From Mobula hypostoma (lineage: Eukaryota), in NCBI RefSeq assembly GCF_963921235.1, contig NC_086108.1, forward strand, positions 42,534,001 to 42,598,000: a stretch of DNA of 64,000 nt. The letters run 5' to 3'. The notes under the pieces are model-generated. The model was not told the origin of the DNA. It ran no database searches and worked only from the letters and a program-made list of their open reading frames with translations. The translations under genes were made by a program, and so were the position numbers. Positions within the stretch are counted from its first letter, which is position 1. Each line of letters begins with the position of its first letter. Of this stretch, positions 35,581 through 48,351 are shown in pieces.

Positions 35581-36542
35581 GTAAATAATAGTTTTTGTGT
35601 TAAAATGCAATATGCCATTTGTGACATTAATATGGTTATTAATTAAAGCAAGAATGAAGTCGTGGACAAAAGATACGGAAGAGGTGTTGAGTTTGCAGAG
35701 AGTACGATTAGGATATGTGTAAGCTTAGTGGAAATATAGTTAAAGTTTTCTAAAGGGGTTGGATGGGCACTTGTGGAAAAATGATCTGCAGGACTGTAGC
35801 GAATAAGTTGGGGAATGAGACATTTTCTCTGCTGTAATGATGTGATGATCGTAGATATCATTGTAAAAGGAAGCACAAAAATGCACAGAGCCATTAGTTA
35901 ATTAAGTAAATGGGCAGAACTAGTAAATGGTTGCCAGTATAAAAAGATCTAAAATAAATGATGCTAAGCTAGAAACAGTGGTAATGTGAAAAGATTTTAG
36001 GATCAATATACTATGTCATGAATCAAAAAGTTAGTAGGCAGCAAATACAGTAAAATGTGAATAAATTGCTATCTGATTGTTCAGAAATCCCAATGTCTGA
36101 GCATCTGGCTCACTGGATGCTGATTCTCACAGTACCTTGAACTGAGAAAGACCCAGTTTTCACACTCCCTTTAAACTCTGTGGGGCTGTGTTCCCCAGTT
36201 TTGCTAGAAAATATGTTATACTACTCTGCCATATCTTAAAGAAATCAAATTAGAAGTGTGATCAGGTTCTAATTGCAACAACATCCAATAGTGTAGAAAA
36301 TTTACCACTACAGCAGCACCAAAATTCTGAAAATTATACTTTTACTGTGGTCAGGAAAGCAAATGGCAGATTACCCTTTCTTGCACAGAGGCTGGAGTTT
36401 TGAAATAGGCAAGAATTGTTATAATGAGCAGTGTGCTAGTGAGACAACATCTGGAGTATTGTGCAACGTTTTGGTATCCTTATTTTAAAAAGGATGTACA
36501 ATCATTGGTGCGAGTCCAAAATAGATACACTAAGCTCATTTC

Positions 36543-37828
36543 AAACAAGAGAAAATCTGCAGAAGTGGGAAATCCAAGCAACGCCTACAAAATGCTGGAG
36601 GAACTCAGCAGGCCAGGCAGCATCTATGGGGAAAAAAAGTACAGTCAACTTTTCAGGCCGAGATCCTTCGGCAGGACTGGAGAAAAAAAGATGAGGAATA
36701 GAGTTAGAAGGTGGGAAGAGGGGCAAGAGAAACACAAGGTGAGAGGTGAAACCGGGAGGGGGAGGGATGAAGTTAAGAGCTAGGAAGTTGATTGGTGAAA
36801 GAGGTATAGGACTGGAGAAGGGGGAGTCTGATACGAGAGGATAGAAGGCCATGGAAGAACGAAAAGGGGGGAGGAGCACCAGAGGGAGGCGATGGGCAGC
36901 CAAGCAGATAAGGTGAGATAGGGAATAGGGGATGGGGAATGGTGAAGTGGGGAGGGCATTACCGGAAGTTCAAAATATCAATGTTCATGCCATCATGTTG
37001 GAGGCTACCCAGACATGATGTAGGGAGGAATAAGGTGTTCCTCCAGTTTGAGTGTGGCCTCATCATGAAAGTAAAGGAGGCCATGGATTGACATATTGGA
37101 ATGGGATTCAGAAGTAGAATTAAAATGGGTGGACACAGGGAGATCCCACATCTTCTGGCCGCTGAAGTGTAGGTGCTCAGTGAAGCGGTCTTCCAACCTA
37201 TGTCGGGTCTCACCAGTATACAGGAGGCCACACCGCGAGCACCGGACATGGTATATGACTCCAACAGACCCACAGGTGAAGTGTCGCCTCACCTGCAAGA
37301 CTGTTTGGGGCCCTGAATGGTAGTAGGGGCAGATGTAGCACTTGTTCCAATTGCAAGGATAAGTGCCGGGAGGGAGATCAGTGGGGAAGAACGAATGGAC
37401 AAGGGAGTTATGCAGGGAGCAATCCCTGGGGAAAGCAGAAAGTGGGGGGAGGGGAAGAGACGTGCTTGGCGGTGGAATCACATTGGAGATGGCACAAGTT
37501 CCGGAGAGTTATGTGCTGGACATGAAGGCCTGTGGGGTGGTAGGTGAGGCCAAAAGGAACCCTATCCCTGGTAGGGTGGCAGGAGGATGGGGTAGGAGCA
37601 GAAGTGTTCATGAAATGGAAGAGATGTGGTTGAGGGCAGCATTGATGGTGGAGGAAGGGATGCCCCTTTCTTTATAAAAGGAGGACATCTGCCTCATTCT
37701 GGAATGAAAAACTTCATCCCGAGAGTAGATGCGACGGAGGCAGAGGAATTGCGAGAAGGGGGTGGCAATTTTACAAGTAACAGGGTGGGAAGAGGTATAG
37801 TCCAGGTAGCTGTGAGAGTCCGTGGACT
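36543..37828 (-). mobile_element. Penelope-like retroelement (Neptune-type), frameshifted, inserted beside a decayed CR1 (about 36350-36540)
   Basis: ORF 37005-37481 PGTYPCNWNKCYIC...HFTCGSVGVIYHVRCSRCGLLYTGET (Cys linker plus GIY-YIG). pLTR at 36543-36690. Confidence 0.88.
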
Positions 37829-37938
37829 AGGTATGTCCATTATTCAGGCTTTTGTAACCCAGAGACGCCCTATATATAGATAGCAAATATTTTAGTCATC
37901 CAGTGTCATGTTTGATAATCTTTCTTTGTCCATTATAG

Positions 37939-38074
37939 GCAAGCTGCTATTGTATCAACAAAGGCAGAGAATAATATTCATTCTTCAGTGAACATTGCTG
38001 ATTTATCTTTGAATAGAACATCAGAATTACAAAACATCTCATTCCAGGGACAGGAATTATTGAATGAACTTAAG
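37939..38074 (+). CDS. AKNAD1: AKNAD1/AKNA-like coding exon 10
   Basis: tttctttgtccattatag|...AAG|gtgtgt, phase 2-0, open frame. Confidence 0.75.
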
Positions 38075-39537
38075 GTGTGTATGACACAATATGCCATTTT
38101 TTTCATGAGCATTTAAGGCTAAACTCAGTAATCTTGTGCACAGGGGGAAACTTTGCTGAACAACAGTGAAGATGTCAGAATGCAGAGTTTGTCACAGAAT
38201 GCAGGGAATACATATTTCCCTCATGACTTTCATGCATTCTGTTTATCCTCATTTTAGGCTATAGCACAGAGCAGAATTAGGCCATTTAGCCCATTGAATT
38301 TGCTCTGTCATTCGATCATGGCTGACTCATTCTCCCTCTCAATCCCATTCTCCTGTGACCTTTGCTTTGAGTAATCAAGAACCTATCAACATCTGGATTA
38401 AATATACCCAATGACCTGACCTCCAAAGCTGCCTGTGGCGATGTGGGCATGTTATGTTGATGCCAGAATGTGTGATGACACTAGCAGGCTTTCTCCCGCA
38501 CATCCTCAGGTTAACATGAACAACACATTTCATTGTATGTTTTGATGTACGTATGATAAATGCAGATTCACCACCCCCTGGCTAAAGAAATTCCTCCTCA
38601 TCACTGTTCTAAAAAAACTTCTGAGACTCACCAACTAATGGCCAAGAATCTTGTTAAAAATAAATTCTTAGAGGCCTTGCAGCCATGAATAGCTTGCACA
38701 AAAACAATGGAGATCTGTGAACTCTATAGTGTTAGAGTTATACTGCGTGGGAATGTGCCCTTTGAACCAACTGGTTCAGCTTGACCAAGACTCTCATGTG
38801 TTAGTCCCATTTGTCCCACCTCCCTCTAAACCTTTCCTATCTAAGTACCTGTCCAAATATCTTTTAAACGTTGTTAGTTTCTCTACCTCAGCCACCTCCT
38901 CTGACAACTCATTCCACATGCTGACCGCTCTCTAGGTGAAAAGTGCCCCACAGGTTCCTATTAAATCTCTCCCCTCTCTATTCTGTATGAATACGTGTAA
39001 ATTATTAAACACAAGCAGAAAATATAGCAAGCAGCAGCTGAGGGAGCCCCTATGAAGAGAATAGACAAGTTATTATTTCAACTGTTGAGTCACCATCTGG
39101 ACTGTTATTAAAGATGAATAGCACTTAAATAAATGTAGATAGACAACTGACCATAACTGAGGAAGCAGGTGAATGACATGCATTAATGATTTCTAGATTC
39201 CTTTGAAGGATCTATTAGAAAATTACAAATTTACCATGCTTTGTTTATGGTCTTTGTTCAAAATTTCAAATTGTGAGAGAATCTGCCAATGATCAGCTGT
39301 TGCATGTGTAGGCTCCAGTTCTCATTAAATGCATTCCTTGAGATTTATTGGCCTCACTCCTTTTGTTTGTGTCAAATTTAATGCACACTCCCTTCTCACA
39401 GGCAAAATCAATGACATGTTAATGATAATCTTCTCATCAATTGTGACCTACTTTCCACTGATGTCTTATAAAATAAAATAAATTTTAAGTAGTTCTTGTG
39501 TTTAACCCATATATAATTTTATATATTCCACTGATAG

Positions 39538-39635
39538 CAGCAGATGCTCATCCCTGACAGAGGGGCTGGTACATTGGAAGGCAGCAGACGTACCATTACA
39601 CACACATTGAATTCTGAGCAACCACAAACGGAAAG
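39538..39635 (+). CDS. AKNAD1: AKNAD1/AKNA-like coding exon 11 (tandem TAG CAG CAG acceptor)
   Basis: ctgatag|cagcag ATG CTC...AG|gtattt, phase 0-2. The start could also be 39541 or 39544. Confidence 0.7.
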
Positions 39636-40019
39636 GTATTTATACAATCGTCGTATCTACAACCACCAAATAAAATGCAACAATGTGTTTGATGTACAAT
39701 GAAATAATCAACAAACTTTCTGTAAATGCTATTATTTCTAGCACTTCTGATTAAATTTTAGTTTTCTGCTTTCTTCAATATTTCACATTTATATTAGCAT
39801 TGAATCTACTTTAGATAAAGCTTGTATTTTACTCTGGCAAGGTATAAATCAAGATTTCTAGTTTTCCAAAATTTAGAAAATGTTCACTATGGTTTTAATG
39901 TGATATAATTTCTTGGTTAAAATGATAATTATTAATGACAATTAGAATTCATCTCTCTAGTTTTATTACTCAACTCGGTTAGAACACCAGATATCCAAGA
40001 AATTTATTAAGTGACCCAA

Positions 40020-40440
40020 ATCCCCGCCATCCAGGACCTGCTATCTTCCTGCTGCTGCCTTCAGGTAGGAGGTACAGGAGCCTCAGGACCCACACCACCA
40101 TATTCAGGAACAGTTATTACCCTCAACCATCAGGCTCTTGAACCAGATGAGATGACTTCACTCAGTTTCACTTACCCATCACTGAACTGTTCCCACAACG
40201 TATAGACTCACTTTCAAGGACCCTTCATCTCATCTTCTCAATAGTTATTGCTTGTTTATTTATTATTATTATTATTATTTCTTTATTTTGTACTTGCTCA
40301 GTTTGCACATTGGTTATCTCTTTACCCGGTTGGGTGCGGTCTTTCATCGATTCTATTGTGTTTCTTGTACTTACTGAAAATGCCCCAAGAAAATGAACCT
40401 CAGTGTTCCATATGGTGACATGTATTATGTATTTTGAAAA
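40020..40440 (+). mobile_element. Rex1/Babar-type LINE 3' end
   Basis: Same family as 14305-14798 (ctgctgccttcaggtaggaggtacaggagcctcaggacccacacc). Confidence 0.75.
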
Positions 40441-42709
40441 CATTATGTGTAAATGTAGAAGACTAACAAGAAGTTTTGAAGAGTGTTTCCACTGTGAAGA
40501 AATCATTTGCAATTGCCACATAACATTGTATTTTTAAAGTCAATCTGACCCAGTCGATTACTGACTACAGAATGAGTCAGATTTATTAACATCAACAGTG
40601 ATTGAAATCATGATCATTAATTTGCAGAATATATTATGTTAACAATTTAACAAAATTACTGCCTGCATTGATTTCAAAGTTAAACGATCTTCCTGACAAC
40701 CTCCCTTACTTTCCTGAGCACTTCTGGAAAGATTTTGAGGTCTCAGATGCAATACAATTATGAATAATACCAAGAAAAACAGAACATATATGTGATTGAA
40801 ATATTTTTATTAATAATTGAGAAAATTATTGTAGTTGTGAGAGACAAGATTGATTCCTGAGACGGCAGCTGTGTTGTTTAGGAGATTAATCAAACTGGGC
40901 ATTCTTTATTTTAGAAGCCTGAAAGATGATCTTGTTAAAATGTGCTTATTTTCTCTGACTGGGTTGCCTGGAACTAGAGATACAAATCAAGGTATTAGCC
41001 ATTAAAGATTGAAATAAGGAAAAATATTTATTAATCCAGAGGGTAGTGTACCTTAGAAATTCTTGTCCAAAGGGCACTGTGAATGTTTAGTTATTGAACA
41101 TATTCAAGTCAGAAGTCAATAGAATTTTATGTATGAAAGGTATCAAAGGTGAGTGAATTATTTCTTTTCCTATTTCTAAAGTTAGGATGAACAGTCTTTG
41201 CAGTTTGTTCAATTTCATAATCAGATAGTGTCACATCGTTAATTGAATTCCATTCACTCTTCTTTGTTCAATATAAATACTAGTATCTAACAAACATCTT
41301 TCAGTCACTGTTTGAATATGTTAATTGGTCTAGGATCCTCTGATTTGAGGAAAGTGAGATCTAATCGTCATTACTACTTGCTAACAATGTGCTTCTTGTT
41401 GCATTACTGCATTACAGCTCAAATTGTAACATAATACCTTTTAAACTAGTTGCCACCTGAAGAGGAGATACTTTTCCAATTAGCATCTTTTGAGTTGTTC
41501 TGTCATTTTATAAACAACCTAAATTGATCATATTTTGACCTGTCCTCAATAGAACATAATGCACATTTATTTAACCAAATAAGCCCTGTTAGCATCCAAA
41601 GGAGTTTGCAGAGCTAATACATTTTTCCTGAGGCTACGTCCACAATCAAAGACTGTACTCCAGATGAGCTCTGGCCAAAAAACTGAAAGCAGCAACTTTT
41701 TAAAATTGATAACTTTTTGGATTTTTGTTTAGATTTTATGTCTTTGCACTGTACTGCAGCCACAAAACAACAAATTTCACATTATATGTCAGCGATAATA
41801 AATCTGATTCCAATTCTGTTTCCTCTGAATTAAAGTCAACATTTGATTAACATTTTCATTACTTGTACGTTTGTAATTTTGCGTCACCTTTTAGTGATTT
41901 ATACTCCTCTAAAGATTCCAAACTATCACTATCAATTAAACGTTCTGAAGGGCAGTGAGTGCCGGATGAAGTCCTGGCCTTGTATTTAAGATTAAAACTG
42001 ATATGCTGCCTGTCAGAAGCCAAATAGTATCAATTTCTTCCAAATTTCAAGCATGATCGAATTCTACTCTTCTGAACTGGCATGTCAATCTTTCTGAGGT
42101 AGCTCATTGGTCCTTTGGATCAGCTTGATGTTGCTGAATGCTGTGTCACAGGAGATAGAAAAAGCAAGACTAGAGTCATAGAGACGTAGAACACTACAGC
42201 ACAGAAACAGGCCCTTCGGTCCATCTAGTCCATGATAAGAAGAATTTCAGAGTTGTATACTTCGATAATAAATGAACCTTTGAACCTTTTGAACTATTAA
42301 TCTTCCTGGTCCTATCAATCTGCACCTGGACGTAGCTCCACGTACCTCTCCCATTCATGTATCTACCCAAATTTCTAATGGAAGGAAAAGATTTGGCAGG
42401 ACAAGACCAACCTTCATGGATGTGGGGCCATAAGCAATGTTGATAACTGACTTTGTGATCGGAAAGGATAGTCCAGTTGAGATTGCTTTGCATTGCAAGA
42501 ACATTACCTTGCCTCAATCCAGTTTAGAACTGGCAAAGAGCCAAGAATATAGAAAAATGTAGGTTTCACAGACAACAGTAAAATAAGCCTTTTCTTAAGT
42601 AAAATAATTGGAAGGTCTAGATTAATGCATAATGCACAATAAGGTTTTTAGTAGTATGAAATCAATTATATGCTAAACTTTTTAAAACACCCTTTCATAT
42701 TCTATTCAG

Positions 42710-42924
42710 AAACTCAGGCCTCGGTGAACATATGCTTTCCTCTAAATCAAAATTGCATAATGCAAATGAGGAGCCTCCATCCTTGCAAACAGATGAAAAT
42801 ATAAATGAATTGGGCGATAATAGAGTGAGGCAGTTACTTCAGATGGCTGATCCTTTGGGTTGTGGTACTCCATTCAACTGGCATAAATCCATCACTGGTG
42901 TGGCTGAATCTCCAACACAACCAG
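42710..42924 (+). CDS. AKNAD1: AKNAD1/AKNA-like coding exon 12
   Basis: cctttcatattctattcag|...G|gtaata, phase 2-1. Overlaps ORF 42732-42959. Confidence 0.75.
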
Positions 42925-43690
42925 GTAATAGGGCAAAAAAGGTTAATGTTTTGATTTGATGATCAAAACTTGCTAACATTTTTAATGTATTGTTAATTAG
43001 TCTGCTGATGTTGTTGGGTACACAGTTTAAATTGATTTAATATAACTTCAACAGATCCATAAAACCCTGACTGTAAATGTTTAAAAAAATAGCACTCTAG
43101 CAGGCTGCATCAAGAAAACTATGTAATGAAATTTGTCAGTGGTAAACAATTAAGTTTCCTTATTAATTTCTACAAAATACAATGAAACAGAATTCCCTGT
43201 TGTTTTTTTTTTGCATTTTTTCTTTTAAGAGGATTTTACAAGTATGAATTTTTAAAACTTTAATATGTTAACACTGCAAAATGTAGCTATTTAATGTTAA
43301 ATAATTTTCATTATTGCATTAGCAAATATACTGCAGTTATTTGTAATATTTTCATTTTTGTGATGGAACTCTATTCTAATCCCACTTTTGTTTGAAAGAA
43401 GCTGTTGATTTTCAAGCTAAATGAATGAAACTAACATAACAAAAACAAGTAGTGAATGAATCATATTCACCACTATGGCAGCATAGACAATTAGATTATT
43501 TGATCTTCTACATAATACAAGAACGGTAATATAAGGAGTGGAAAAGTCCTAACGGTCATTAGCAACAACATTTTCACATCCTTTGTGTATGCCAGCTTTT
43601 TTCAGTATTATATTAGCTAGCATTAAAAAAACTTTTATTGCATTTCTGAACTGGAAATCAGTTTCATTGTATTTTAAATTATTACTGTAG

Positions 43691-43847
43691 GAGAAGCATT
43701 CCTACAACTGGATTTTCTTACTGAGTGCTCAGACGATCACATACCATTGCCAGACCCTCAACAGTGCACACCTAGAATAACTCTACAGCAGACTACCTGT
43801 GACACAGATGAAAATGAAAGTTTATCTCAGCCACGTTCTGCAAGAAA
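43691..43847 (+). CDS. AKNAD1: AKNAD1/AKNA-like coding exon 13
   Basis: attactgtag|...AA|gtaagt, phase 1-2, open frame. Confidence 0.75.
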
Positions 43848-45589
43848 GTAAGTGGGATTTTATCAGAATTTAAAACTCAACTTGATCAACTATGTTTCCC
43901 CTTGAACTGTAAAAGGCATGATATAAAATATATTTACCAATACATTTGTACTATGCCAAATAAATAAAAATATCAGCTACTTCAATTTTCATTTGCTGTA
44001 AGGATTCCTGGGTTAGTGATTCAGTGGCCCAATAAAGTTGTTATAGTAGAAGTAATTAAATTAAGGTGGAAAATTTTAATTGCTTGATTAAATGAATATA
44101 ATTAACTTGATGTTGTGATTTTCAAATACAAATTCACATTGAATAGTCACATTTACTTATAGTTATGCAAAACTGAAGCATTCTCTATTGATTACTAGCT
44201 AAACTATAAAAACAGGAATCTAAATGCAATTACTATCTAGAATTTAATGCACACAAAGACTCTACAAATCACGCCAACAGGCATATGTCTTTTCACAGAA
44301 AAGTAAATGTGTTAGTATTGTATCAATTTATACATTACATAAATTAGTTTGAGCATAGCATTGTTTGAGGAAACATTGAACTGGATGAATGTGCTGTGCA
44401 CAAGTTGAAACTATGTGTATTTGAGTAACTATTTTTGTATTTATTTTCATGCGCAAAAATAATTAACACTTAATCCAGAGTCTAAGTACAGCCTCTAACA
44501 AGAGAACACATTGCCATGTGAAACTTAGCTCCCTATGGGTATTGTAAGTTCAGTGAAAAGCCAAGAATGCATGATAGATTGCTTGGAGAGAGAAAAAGGA
44601 GCCATGTGGAGAGGAACACGTGGAGAACTGTGTGTAAGATTCAGCAGTGGGAATACTGGTATTTGTATTGAACAACAATAACCTCAAATAGTCAATGCAA
44701 AGTGATCAAATTGGCACCAAGTTAAGCAGAATAGTACTTTATAGGCTTTTAAAAACAATTGGATGAATTAAATAAGATATGTAGGTGGGGTTGAACAATT
44801 ACAGATAAAATATATTACAGACAAAAGGGATTGAAAATTTGGAAGCATATACTCTATGAACATTGTTAAAATATATTAAGATGCTAAAGACTCAAGTGAT
44901 TAAACGTTTAATATGTCAACTAAAGTGAAATAGCAACCTTTAAAACAAACGGATATTGACCAAATGGTTTCAGTAGTGTCTGCTTAATTTTCAATAATGG
45001 ATTTTGAGGGGCATGGGAACCACTCAAACATTAAAAGTTGTGTGTATAGGATCAATCACTATTACAAAAGATTGAAAAGACTCAGGATCTCAGCCTGGTA
45101 CAGAGATGTAGAAGAAGTTATTATATTGAAATGAAAATTCTTGAAGGAAATGGATAAATCTAATTGTGTACATTGGGTAAAGAAGATACCCATTTAATAG
45201 AGCAATTTAGGATTTGATTCAGAAAAGTTGCTTTTAATTCCTGAATTAAGTTACTGACAGCAAGAATAGATCGGAGCTGAGCTGTAGGAAGAAACAACAA
45301 GGATCATTTAAGAATTAATTAAATTTTACTGAATGAATGAAATAAGAAGGGTCCAATAATCTTTGTGATGCTTACCTTATGATTTTGCATTTCTGCTGTG
45401 CTAAATGCAAACCTTGTAGATGAGTTGATTTTACTTTCTTAGTTGAGCACAAACACAGTTAAGGTGGACAAAAGTTTACAAATGAAACAGTTTTCGAATA
45501 TACATAAGTTGTATGAAGTATAGTGCCTTTAATGAGGTCTCGCAAGGACTACATTTAGATATACTGATTTACTTATTATTCTGTTTAAG

Positions 45590-45760
45590 TGAAGAAATCA
45601 TGGAACTGCAACTTGAAGTTGCAAAACTCAAGCAAAAATTGGAGGAAAATCCCTCTCAGTTTTCCAATGATCCCAAGACAAAAAAGGCTTTTGAATCTGT
45701 GTTACAGAAACAAAGCTACAGCATCACAGCATGTCATAGAAAGAAAACTTCATCCAGAAG
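45590..45760 (+). CDS. AKNAD1: AKNAD1/AKNA-like coding exon 14 (EEIMELQLEVAKLKQKLEE coiled coil)
   Basis: ctgtttaag|...AG|gtaaaa, phase 2-2. Resembles the AKNA coiled coil IRELQEEVSRLRLRLE. Confidence 0.8.
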
Positions 45761-45961
45761 GTAAAATCATTATTCATATTTCTTTGTTTTTATTAAAAAA
45801 TATAATTTCATATGAACAGTCCAAAGATTAAAATTATTGATACAATGGAATAGTTTTAGGATAGTTTTTGGTTAATATTTTGATTATTAAATGTTTAATA
45901 TTAAGATTTATATTAGGTTCTTTACTTCTGTTTTATGTTCATGTTCTTTTTCTTTCAATAG

Positions 45962-46068
45962 CGAAAGTGTGGAACATGTTAAATTAATGAACAATAGTTT
46001 AGAAGACCATAAAAGAAGGCATTCTACTTGGCTACAATCAGGTGATGATGCTTCAGACGCTGAACTAT
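45962..46068 (+). CDS. AKNAD1: AKNAD1/AKNA-like coding exon 15
   Basis: ttctttttctttcaatag|...T|gtaagt, phase 2-1. Confidence 0.8.
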
Positions 46069-46324
46069 GTAAGTGTTAAAAATTTAAAAACTGCAATGCC
46101 AGAAAAATAAATTAAAAGTGAAAACAGAAAATAATGAAAACACTTAGCAGATCCAGCAGGATCTGTGAAAAGAGCAAGAGAATTAATGGTTCAGGTTCAA
46201 GACAAGGAGTCTTTAATCTGGAATGTTAATTTGGTTTTCTTATCCACAGATGCTGTTTGATCTTCTCATTGTTTTCAGCTTTTTCTTCTGTTATTTTAGT
46301 GCTTAAATATGCTATTTTTTAATC

Positions 46325-47230
46325 ACATAGAGTCATAAAACACCACATCCCAGTCCATGCTGAACAATTACTTTGCCTAGTCCCATTGACCTGCACCTGG
46401 ACTATATCCCTCCATACCTCTTATTCAAACTTCTTCTCTTAAATGTTGAAATCGAACCCACATCCACCACTTCCGCTGGTAGCTTGTTTCACATTTTCAC
46501 CATCTTCTGAATGAAGTAGTTCCTCCTCATGTTTCCCTTAAACATTTCACCTTTCACCCTTAACCTCTAGTTCTAGTGTCACCCAGCTTTAGTGGAAAAA
46601 GCCTGCTTGGATTTACCCTATCTATACCTCTCATATTTTTGTATACCTCTATCAAATGTCCCCTCATTCTCCTAAGCTCTAGGGAATAAAATACGAACCT
46701 TTTCAAACTCTCCCTTTATCTCAGGTTCTCAAATCCCAGCAACATCCTCGTAAATTTTCTTTGCGCTCTTTCAATTTTATTGATCTCTTTCCTGTAGGTA
46801 GGTGACCAGAATTGGACGCAATACTCCAAATTAGGCCTCGCAAATGTCTTATACAACTTCAAGATAACATCCTAACTCCTGTACTCAATAAACACACTCA
46901 ATAAAGGGTCTCGGCCCGAAATGTCGACTGTACCTCTTCCAATAGATGCTGCCTGGCCTGCTGCGTTCACCAGCATTTTTTGTGTGTGTTGCTTGAATTT
47001 CCAGCATCTGCAGATTTCCTCGTGTTTGCGTCCTGTACTCAATATATTGATTTATGAAGGCCAATGTGCCAAAAGCTTCCTTTACGACCCTATTTCCCTG
47101 TGATGCCACTTTAAAGGAATTTTGGATCTTTATTCCCTATTCCCTCTGTTGTACACACTCCTCAGTGTCCTGCTGTTCACTGTGTAAGACCTGCCCTGGT
47201 TTGTCCTCCCAGAGTGCCACTCCTCACATT
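46325..47230 (-). mobile_element. CR1 LINE 3' fragment interrupted by a pLTR insertion at 46891-47030
   Basis: Minus-strand CR1 RT C-terminus. The insert is flanked by 14-bp TSD tcctgtactcaata (46877-46890, 47031-47044). Confidence 0.85.
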
Positions 47231-47607
47231 TGACTCTGCGTATTTCTGAATATATGATAAAACGGATTCCAAAAATCGCAGAAAGTAGTAATTTAATGAA
47301 AATCAATATTATGTTTACTTAATTATTTCTCAACATTGTGAAGAACTTGATGGCATTTTAGGAGAATTGATTGATTTCAGGCACTTATTTAGTAATTTTG
47401 ACCTTGTTAAAGTATTCACTCTTAAGACTAAAAGGCCAGAATTTCTGTTTATATGCAGTTAAAAGTAGTGCATTTCTGATGTAAAAGATTATAATTTATT
47501 GCATGTGAAAAAGAAGTTACGCCCATTCTAAAACACATAATAAGAGTTACTTTATTATTATCTAATTTATATGTGAACAGTAAAATGATCTTTTATTTTC
47601 AATAAAG

Positions 47608-47745
47608 GCAATGGAATGGATTATTTTTCTGACACAGAAGCATCTGTGCACTCAAAACTAAGTTTCATAAAGGCATCAAGAACTGCACACCATAAACAAA
47701 TTTACTCCAGAAACCACAAGTCAAACAGCACCTGGTCAGATGAAG
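47608..47745 (+). CDS. AKNAD1: AKNAD1/AKNA-like coding exon 16
   Basis: ttttattttcaataaag|...G|gtaata, phase 1-1. Confidence 0.75.
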
Positions 47746-48351
47746 GTAATATTTACTCAAAACTTACAACTACCTTTGATAAAGGTAGACAACATACAAT
47801 ATAAGATATTCATTTTAATAGGCTGAATGCAGTGTCAGCCAATCGATTCTTTTTAATTTTTTAATTGAGCAAAAACACAATTAATGTGGGCAGGTGTAAA
47901 AATGAGTCCACAAACTATATGTTTTTAAGTTGTACTTTCATTTTGTGAAGTGTAGTAGCTTTAATGAAGTCATGTAATGTGTATTTAGATACTGCATGCT
48001 GATTTGCTTACTCTGCTTGTGAATAAGTCATGGATCTACAACAAGAAATAGCAAATTTCAAGCAAAATTGGATGAAGATTTTAGGAGTAAGCAAAAACTG
48101 TAAAGAAGATAGTGTGGGAATTCCAAATGTAAAGGGCTTAGTCACTGAAGGTACAGCTGCCAAGTGTTGTAGTAGTGTACAGATTAAAGTTGGGTTGCTT
48201 AAGAGGCCAAAACTGGGGAAACAAAGATTTGGAAGAAAACATTTCATTGAATACATGTCAAATGTACAGCTCACCATCAAGTATTTGTAAATGTTCTATT
48301 CTTTTTCAGTTATCTGAAAAACATTCATGGATACTTTATATATGGTATCCT

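Noticed and set aside
44216..44543. Two candidate extra AKNAD1 exons (44216-44302 and 44479/44481-44543)
   Set aside because: Acceptors are weak or phase-incompatible with the phase-2 donor at 43847, and exon 13 splices in frame to 45590 without them. A 63-nt exon at 44481-44543 cannot be fully excluded.
48030..48290. 86-aa ORF in the AKNAD1 intron as a possible exon
   Set aside because: It looks like a decayed CR1 RT segment (IANF...KNCKEDS) and has no fitting splice sites.
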